Assembly (NCBI GenBank): GCA_964577555.1
Contig: CAZNZM010000003.1
Span: forward strand, 74,047 to 106,046
Direction of reading: 5' to 3'
From: an uncultured archaeon
GTDB taxonomy: Archaea > Iainarchaeota > Iainarchaeia > Iainarchaeales > Iainarchaeaceae
DNA length: 32,000 bases
Made by a program: the position numbers and the translations under genes. The stretch's first letter is position 1. Every line of letters starts with the position of its first letter. Of this stretch, positions 1-5,962 are shown one piece after another. A model generated the notes under the pieces. That model ran no database searches and was not told the origin of the DNA. It worked only from the letters and a program-made list of their open reading frames with translations.

Positions 1-346
1 CGTCAAGACAAGCCACTTTTTTGTCAATAAATGTTTTTACTCCGTAGATTGAAATAGGCGGAACTCCGCCGACTTCATAACCAGTGATTTTTAGAACTTC
101 TGATGGCGTGGCAAGGCGAACGTCTGTTACATTTAAAAGTTTTTTAATTTTTGCGAAATCTATTTTGTTTTTGCCGAGCAAAATAACCAACAAAGGCTCG
201 GATTTTGAGTCTATAAGAAGTATTGATTTGGCAACAGGCAGTTTTGAGGATATAAAATTAGATGCTTGTTCGAAACTCCCGGCTTTTCCCGGCACAAAAA
301 ATATTTTGGCTGACAACTTATTAACTTCAATGAAATCTTCAAGCAT
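1..346 (-). CDS. YbaK/ProX-type aminoacyl-tRNA trans-editing (deacylase) domain protein; N-terminal about 115 aa only, gene runs off the window start
   Basis: My own minus-strand translation from the ATG at 346-344 is open to position 1: MLEDFIEVNKLSAKIFFVPGKAGSFEQASNFISSKLPVAKSILLIDSKSEPLLVILLGKNKIDFAKIKKLLNVTDVRLATPSEVLKITGYEVGGVPPISIYGVKTFIDKKVACLD. The TGY-x-x-GG-x-x-P segment is typical of the YbaK/ProX editing fold. It is missing from the ORF track because it has no stop in the window. The listed + ORF 84..350 is its antisense shadow. Confidence 0.6.
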   Translation of the reverse strand, partial: MLEDFIEVNKLSAKIFFVPGKAGSFEQASNFISSKLPVAKSILLIDSKSEPLLVILLGKNKIDFAKIKKLLNVTDVRLATPSEVLKITGYEVGGVPPISIYGVKTFIDKKVACLD

Positions 347-380
347 GTGAAAACCTTTATTGAAATTTCTATGAAAGAAA

Positions 381-390
381 ATATAAATCT
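381..390 (-). promoter_or_regulatory. Candidate archaeal TATA box for the YbaK-like gene
   Basis: The minus strand reads AGATTTATAT about 35-45 nt upstream of the ATG at 346. This is weak evidence in so AT-rich a genome. Confidence 0.25.
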
Positions 391-400
391 GATATTAAAA

Positions 401-751
401 TTTTCAATTTTTTTTATATTTTTGTCAGACGTTTTTTTTGCTAGGCGTTTTTTTTGTCATTTTTCTTTTTTTTTAATTCTTTTTTTTTGCGAGCCAGTTT
501 TTTGTTATTTTTTTGTTCTATTTTTTTTGGCTTTGTTATGATTGTTGTTTTTTTTTGTTTTTGCGAGCCTTTTTTTTAGTTTTTTTTGAATTGTTTTTTT
601 ATTTAAAATAAATTTTTTTTGTGGCTTGGTTTTTTTTGGTAATTATTTGTAACTATTTTTTTAATTTGTTTTTTTTGAGCCAGTTTTTTTTACAATTTTT
701 TTCATGATTTTTTTGAACGTTTTTTTAATTTTTTTTGTGATTTTGTTTTTT
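401..751 (+). repeat. Oligo(T)-tract array A (non-coding spacer between the metK stop and the YbaK-like promoter)
   Basis: About 350 bp of + strand T6-T10 runs, mostly closed by G. Interspersed words: GCGAGCCA (489-496), GCGAGCC (563-569), GAGCCAG (677-683), T8-GTCAT (443-460) and GTGGCTTGG (621-629). The only ORFs are Phe-rich or Lys-rich low-complexity artefacts. Confidence 0.6.
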
Positions 752-1915
752 TTATTTTTTGGCTTCTTTTTGTAGGGTTTCAACCATGTCGGTTTTTTCC
801 CATGTGAATTCAGGTTCGTTCCTGCCAAAGTGTCCATACGCTGAAGTTTTGCGATAAATTGGCCTTTTAAGATCTAATTTTTTTATTATTTCAGCCGGTC
901 TGAAGTCAAAAATTTTTTTTATTATTTCTTCAAGTTTTTCATCAGGCAATTTTCCTGTATTATAAGTATTGACATAGATTGAAACAGGTTTTGAAATGCC
1001 TATTGCGTATGCTATTTGGATTTCGCATTTTTCCGCAAGCCCTGCAGCTACAACATTTTTTGCAACGTATCTTGCGAAATACGCTGCGCTTCTGTCTACT
1101 TTACTTGGGTCTTTTCCGGAAAAAGAGCCCCCTCCATGGTGTCCTATTCCTCCGTATGTGTCTACTATGATTTTTCTTCCTGTTAATCCTGAATCTCCTA
1201 CTGGTCCGCCTATTACGAATCTTCCTGTCGGATTGATGTAATATTTTGTTTTTGAATCGATCCATGTTCCGCAAACAGGTTTTGCTATTTTTTCAATTAT
1301 TGTTTTTTCTATTTCATCATGTTCCACTTCTGGCGAGTGTTGAGTGCTTATGACAATAGCATCGATTCTTTTTGGCTTGCCGTCAACATATTCGACAGTT
1401 ACTTGGCTTTTTCCGTCTGGGCGCAGCCATTTTATTTCGTTTTTTTTTCTTGCTTCTGAAAGTCTTTTAGTGAGTTTGTGAGCCAAGTCTATTGGAAGAG
1501 GCATTAGTTCGGGGGTTTCGTTTGTTGCATAGCCGAACATCATTCCTTGGTCTCCTGCTCCTTGTTCCTTGTCAATGCCTGACCCTTCATTTACTCCCAA
1601 TGCTATATCGTGGCTTTGTTCTGAAAGAGAAATAAGAACGGAACATGCATCCGCATCAAAACCATATTCGGGTTTATTGTATCCTATTTCTCTTATGGTG
1701 TTTCTGACTACGTTTTGAATATCAACATAAGTATTGGTTGTTACTTCGCCAAATACGAGTATTAATCCTGTTTTGGTTGAAACTTCCACTGCTACTCTTG
1801 AATTAGGGTCTCCTGCTATCATTTTGTCAAGAATTGCATCTGCTATTTGGTCGCACATTTTATCAGGGTGTCCTTCTGTTACCGATTCCGAAGTGAAAAA
1901 ATATTTTCTTGCCAT
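752..1915 (-). CDS. metK: S-adenosylmethionine synthetase (methionine adenosyltransferase), bacterial/eukaryotic MetK type
   Basis: 387-aa ORF with hallmark MetK motifs: [28 protein letters not shown] and [23 protein letters not shown]. An SD-like GGAGAGG (minus strand, 1921-1927) lies about 5 nt upstream of the ATG. Confidence 0.95.
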   Translation of the reverse strand: MARKYFFTSESVTEGHPDKMCDQIADAILDKMIAGDPNSRVAVEVSTKTGLILVFGEVTTNTYVDIQNVVRNTIREIGYNKPEYGFDADACSVLISLSEQSHDIALGVNEGSGIDKEQGAGDQGMMFGYATNETPELMPLPIDLAHKLTKRLSEARKKNEIKWLRPDGKSQVTVEYVDGKPKRIDAIVISTQHSPEVEHDEIEKTIIEKIAKPVCGTWIDSKTKYYINPTGRFVIGGPVGDSGLTGRKIIVDTYGGIGHHGGGSFSGKDPSKVDRSAAYFARYVAKNVVAAGLAEKCEIQIAYAIGISKPVSIYVNTYNTGKLPDEKLEEIIKKIFDFRPAEIIKKLDLKRPIYRKTSAYGHFGRNEPEFTWEKTDMVETLQKEAKK

Positions 1916-1987
1916 TCAAACCTCTCCTACTTAAAAAGCTTTGAAAAAATAAAATCAATTCATTTAATAATATTTTCTGTATGTTTA

Positions 1988-2001
1988 ATTCAAATATGAA
2001 T
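1988..2001. promoter_or_regulatory. Inverted repeat ATTCA-N4-TGAAT in the metK / HTH-CBS divergent spacer (candidate operator)
   Basis: ATTCAAATATGAAT is read directly, 21 nt upstream of the regulator ATG at 2022 in a 106-bp divergent intergenic region. A short palindrome in AT-rich DNA could arise by chance. Confidence 0.2.
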
Positions 2002-2021
2002 ATTGTTTTTTTGGTGTTTGA

Positions 2022-2591
2022 ATGTTGCCTGAAATTTCGGAAATTAAATCTTTGAGGAAAAAAGCCAAAATGACGCAGGCTTTTATTGCTGAAAAGACCG
2101 GTGTGAGCCAGTCGCTTATTGCAAAGATAGAAGCTCAGAAAGTTATGCCTGCTTATGACAAAGCCAAAAAATTGTTTGATTTTTTTGAAAGTGTTGTCCC
2201 AAATCAAGAAAAAGTTGCTTCGGATTTTATGACAAGAAAAGTTGTTTCAGTAAAGCCTTATAACAATGTAAAAGAGGCTGTTAAAATAATGAAAAAATAT
2301 GCTGTTTCTCAATTACCAGTGATAGATGATGACAAAAATCTTGGGGTGGTGTCTGAAGAAAATTTGCTGAAAATAATTAATTCGGACAAGGATATGGATG
2401 CCGCTAAAAACATGCTTGTTCAGGATGTGATGTCCGAAGCCATGCCGATTGTGCAAAAAAACACGCCATATCATGTTCTTTCAAGCCTTTTGGAATATAA
2501 TAAAGGTGTTTTGGTCGGGGAGAAAGGGCGTATTATAGGGATTATAACAAAATCTGATTTGTTGAATGCGGTTATTGAAAAAACAATGTAA
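2022..2591 (+). CDS. Transcriptional regulator: N-terminal XRE/Cro-type helix-turn-helix fused to a CBS-domain pair
   Basis: 189 aa. The HTH segment is KMTQAFIAEKTGVSQSLIAKIEAQK. Two CBS-like units follow (DFMTRKVVSVKP...VSQLPVIDDDKNLGVVSEENLL and DVMSEAMPIVQKNTP...GVLVGEKGRIIGIITKSDLL). GGTG lies 5 nt upstream of the ATG. Confidence 0.8.
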   Translation: MLPEISEIKSLRKKAKMTQAFIAEKTGVSQSLIAKIEAQKVMPAYDKAKKLFDFFESVVPNQEKVASDFMTRKVVSVKPYNNVKEAVKIMKKYAVSQLPVIDDDKNLGVVSEENLLKIINSDKDMDAAKNMLVQDVMSEAMPIVQKNTPYHVLSSLLEYNKGVLVGEKGRIIGIITKSDLLNAVIEKTM

Positions 2592-2653
2592 ATATAATTT
2601 AATAGAGAAATAATAATTTTTGTTTTGCAATATGTTGAATTAGAGGTATTTTT

Positions 2654-4150
2654 ATGAAAGTATTAATAATAGGGGCTGGTGTGGGCGGCATGGCAACTGC
2701 CTGCAGGCTTGCGCGTCTTGGATGTGAAGTAGAGATATATGAAAAAAAAGAAAAGGTTGGTGGAAGGCTTTCGAATTTTGAAAAATCAAATTTTCGGGTT
2801 GATGCTGGGCCTACTTTGCTTTTGATGCCTTGGGTGTTGCGCAGAGTGTTTACAGACCTTGGTAAAAAAATAAATGACTATTTGGAGTTAACCAAACTCC
2901 ATCCGGTATACAAAATATATTTTGAAGATGGCATGGTGATTTCTCCTTATTCTGAAAAGCAAAAGATGTTTGATGAAATCTCTAAATTTTCAAAAAAAGA
3001 CGCAGAAGGATATTTGCGCTATCTTGCTGACTATAAAAAGTATTATGAAATTGCTTTGAAAGAATTTATTGAAAAGAATTTTAATTCTCCGTTGGATATG
3101 CTTACTCCAAAAGGCATAATTTCTTTGATCTCTGGCGGAGCTTTGCGTGATTTATATTCAAAGACTGGCGACTACTTTTCTGATCCGCGGGTTCGCATAG
3201 TTTTTTCTCTTCAGTCAGTATATATTGGCGCGGCGCCTACTAAACTTCCAGCGGTTTACGGATTAATACCTTACGTAGAATTTACTGAAGGAGTTTGGTA
3301 TCCAAAAGGCGGGCTTTATTCGATAGCTGAAACTTTGGCATTGTTATGCAAGGAATTTGGAGTTAAGATACATACTAAAAAACCTGTAAAAAAAATAATT
3401 GTGGAGAATAGCGTTGCAAAAGGGTTACAGCTTGAAGATGGAAAAATAGTCCTTGCTGATGCTATAATTTCAAATGCAGATTTGCCTTATACTTATCTTC
3501 ATCTTTTGGATGAAGAAGATCGTTTACATATGCCTGATTCAAAAGTAAAGTCGCTGAAAACTTCTTGCTCCGCATTTATGATGTATTTGGGGTTAAAAGG
3601 CAAAGTAGATTTGGCGCATCATTCTTTTATTTTGCCAAATGATTACTTGAAAACATTTGAGGATATATTTGAAAGAAAAGTAATGCCAAAAAAACCAGGG
3701 ATTTATGTGGCCAATCCATGTTCACACGACAAGACATTGGCTCCACGCGACAAAAGCATTATTTATGTATTGGTTCCTGTTCCTAATTTGCTGTCGGGGA
3801 TTGATTGGAAAATAGAGGCTCCAAGGCTTCGTAAGCAAATTATTCAAAAGCTTGAAAGTATTGGCGTAAAAGATTTAGAAAAGCGTATTGTTATGGAAAA
3901 GATATTTACCCCTTTGGATTGGAGGGACTCTTTTGGGCTTGAAAATGGAGCTACTTTTGGCCTTTCACCGGGACTTTTCCAGTCTGCGGCGTTTCGGCCT
4001 TCCAATAAAGACAAGAAAATAAAAGGACTTTATTTTGTCGGTGCCAGTACACATCCAGGTAGTGGCATTCCTATAGTTCTTTTATCAGCAGAGTTGATGG
4101 AAAAAAGATTCAAAGAAGATTTTGGGTTGAAAAATAAAGGAGATGAATGA
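2654..4150 (+). CDS. crtI: Phytoene desaturase (CrtI family FAD-dependent oxidoreductase)
   Basis: 498 aa. N-terminal dinucleotide fold KVLIIGAGVGGMATACRLARLGCEVEIYEKKEKVGGR. C-terminal CrtI-type motif GLYFVGASTHPGSGIPIVLLSAEL. GAGGT SD before the ATG. Sits in a crt gene context. Confidence 0.9.
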   Translation: MKVLIIGAGVGGMATACRLARLGCEVEIYEKKEKVGGRLSNFEKSNFRVDAGPTLLLMPWVLRRVFTDLGKKINDYLELTKLHPVYKIYFEDGMVISPYSEKQKMFDEISKFSKKDAEGYLRYLADYKKYYEIALKEFIEKNFNSPLDMLTPKGIISLISGGALRDLYSKTGDYFSDPRVRIVFSLQSVYIGAAPTKLPAVYGLIPYVEFTEGVWYPKGGLYSIAETLALLCKEFGVKIHTKKPVKKIIVENSVAKGLQLEDGKIVLADAIISNADLPYTYLHLLDEEDRLHMPDSKVKSLKTSCSAFMMYLGLKGKVDLAHHSFILPNDYLKTFEDIFERKVMPKKPGIYVANPCSHDKTLAPRDKSIIYVLVPVPNLLSGIDWKIEAPRLRKQIIQKLESIGVKDLEKRIVMEKIFTPLDWRDSFGLENGATFGLSPGLFQSAAFRPSNKDKKIKGLYFVGASTHPGSGIPIVLLSAELMEKRFKEDFGLKNKGDE

Positions 4151-4156
4151 TTTGAA

Positions 4157-4465
4157 ATGTGGTTTTATTATTCCGCTTATCTTGTTCTGGTTTTTTTTTC
4201 TTCTGTTTTGATCTCAAAAGTAGCTTGCTTGGAAATCAGTACTAAAAGATTTTTAAGAGCGCTTTTTCCTGTTTTTGTTATTTTTGTTCTTTGGGATGTA
4301 GTGGCTGTTGAGCGTGGGCATTGGAAATTCGGTTTACAATATATGACTGGAATTGTAATATGGAATCAGCCTTTGGAAGAATTATTTTTTTTTGTAGTAA
4401 TTCCTTATTTTTATGTTGTGATATGGGAAGTGGTTAAAAGAAATTTATTTGGCGTAAAGAGTTGA
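4157..4465 (+). CDS. crtYc: Lycopene cyclase domain protein, heterodimeric type, subunit 1 (CrtYc-like)
   Basis: 102-aa polytopic membrane protein with the lycopene-cyclase-domain motif PLEELFFFVVIPY. It lies directly after crtI and overlaps the next small membrane ORF. Confidence 0.75.
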   Translation: MWFYYSAYLVLVFFSSVLISKVACLEISTKRFLRALFPVFVIFVLWDVVAVERGHWKFGLQYMTGIVIWNQPLEELFFFVVIPYFYVVIWEVVKRNLFGVKS

Positions 4466-4749
4466 TTTTTATGGAATACACTGTTTTTTCTTTTGTTTCT
4501 GTTTTGATTTTCTTTTATATTTGTTTGATGGTTAAGCTTCCTGCAAAGTTGCTTCTCATTGCAGGTTTTATTGTTGTTTTTTTTCAACTTATTTTTGATA
4601 ATATTATGACTGCTGTAGGTCTTTGGGTTTTTGACTTTTCGCATACAATTGGTTTAGCAGTTCCTTTTATTCCTGTTGAAAACCTTGTTTTCGGGCTTGC
4701 TTTGATGCTGGCTACAATAAGTTCTTGGGAAGCTAATAAGAATATTTAA
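4462..4749 (+). CDS. crtYd: Lycopene cyclase domain protein, heterodimeric type, subunit 2 (CrtYd-like)
   Basis: About 92-95-aa membrane protein with PVENLVFGLAL (P-x-E motif). The TTG at 4462 overlaps the crtYc stop (TTGA). An alternative ATG start is at 4471. Confidence 0.7.
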   Translation: MIFMEYTVFSFVSVLIFFYICLMVKLPAKLLLIAGFIVVFFQLIFDNIMTAVGLWVFDFSHTIGLAVPFIPVENLVFGLALMLATISSWEANKNI

Positions 4750-4754
4750 AAAAT

Positions 4755-5651
4755 CTAAGTTAAAGAATCAGAAATTTCAGGCTGACTAAAAACTTCAAAT
4801 TTTGACTTTTCCACAAAATCTAAAATTCTGGAATATGTGCTGGCGGACATTGCTATTGCAAGTTGTAAATCTTTTGGAATGAGTGATATTCCTGAAAGAG
4901 AGAGGTGGTAATAATGGCGTGCTCTTTGGCATTGCAATGCAATTAGTTTTCGAAAAGAATCTTTCTTGTTTTCAGGCATATTTGGTTTTATGTGTGAAGG
5001 TGAAAGATTGTGGGCTTTGAGATCTTCAATGGGTAAGTATACTCTGCCAATCATGCTGTCTTCGGCAATGTCGCGTATTATGTTAGTTAGTTGCATTGCT
5101 ATTCCAAGATAAATTGCATGTTGTTTTGCTTTTTGTGAATTTACATCCATTACTTTAAGTAGCATAATCCCTACAATTGAAGCAACCGAATAACAATAAT
5201 CGCGCAATTCTTTGAAATTAAGCATGTTTTTATGATATATATCTGAAGATACTCCTCGTATTAAAGTTAAAGGATATGATTTAGGGATTCCGTATTTTAT
5301 GGCTGTTTCAACAAAAGCTCTTATTATTGGGTCATTACTGTATGCGCCTTTATAGGAAAATAGTAATTCTTTTTTCCATTTAGCCATATTTTCAAGTCGC
5401 ACATTTGGCGGATCGTTGCCTTCATCTGCAATGTCATCGGTTTTTCTGCAGAAGGCATAAACCGCCCAAAAAGCTTTTTCCTTGTCTTTTGGGAGTACTT
5501 TTGATGAAAAAAAGAAAGTTTTAGATTTCTTTTTTAATATTGACTTGCAGTGATGGAAATCTGAATCTGTTGCATGTGTTTCAATTGTTTGCTTTTTGGC
5601 ATTTTCTTTTTTTATTTTTAATTCCAGCTCGTTGTTTTTTTGATTTTTCAT
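4755..5651 (-). CDS. crtB: Phytoene synthase (squalene/phytoene synthase family)
   Basis: 298 aa with two Asp-rich motifs: YAFCRKTDDIADE and TNIIRDIAEDSMIGRVYLP. Convergent with crtYd, with a 5-bp gap. Confidence 0.9.
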   Translation of the reverse strand: MKNQKNNELELKIKKENAKKQTIETHATDSDFHHCKSILKKKSKTFFFSSKVLPKDKEKAFWAVYAFCRKTDDIADEGNDPPNVRLENMAKWKKELLFSYKGAYSNDPIIRAFVETAIKYGIPKSYPLTLIRGVSSDIYHKNMLNFKELRDYCYSVASIVGIMLLKVMDVNSQKAKQHAIYLGIAMQLTNIIRDIAEDSMIGRVYLPIEDLKAHNLSPSHIKPNMPENKKDSFRKLIALQCQRARHYYHLSLSGISLIPKDLQLAIAMSASTYSRILDFVEKSKFEVFSQPEISDSLT

Positions 5652-5895
5652 GGTTTCACCAATTTTATAAAATCGGACAAACTTTCACTATCTAAAATTA
5701 TGTATTTTTAGCAACCGTGGCCTTTATAAATTACTTTAAATATCTGATTTTTTTTTGCAGGTTATCTAAAATTTAAAGAGTTTTTTTTATATTTGTTTTC
5801 GGTTGTTTAGATATTGTTTTCCAAAAATTGAAAATTAAACAGTAAAAATTTATAAAAAGCAGGGCTTTTAAGCGCTTTTTTTTAGCAGAATCTAA

Positions 5896-5917
5896 AAAAA
5901 ACAATATATTTAAATAT
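5896..5917 (+). promoter_or_regulatory. Candidate BRE/TATA promoter of the surface-protein operon
   Basis: A-rich stretch followed by ATATATTTAAATAT (5904-5917), about 50 nt upstream of the ATG at 5963. An AGGTGG SD lies at 5952-5957. Confidence 0.3.
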
Positions 5918-5962
5918 GTAGAATATCACTATTTAATAGTAATGAATTAATAGGTGGGGGTA

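Noticed and set aside
84-350. 88-aa + strand ORF from the track
   Set aside because: It lies antisense to a much more convincing minus-strand reading frame (the YbaK-like protein with the TGYEVGGVPP motif), and its own sequence has no recognisable features.
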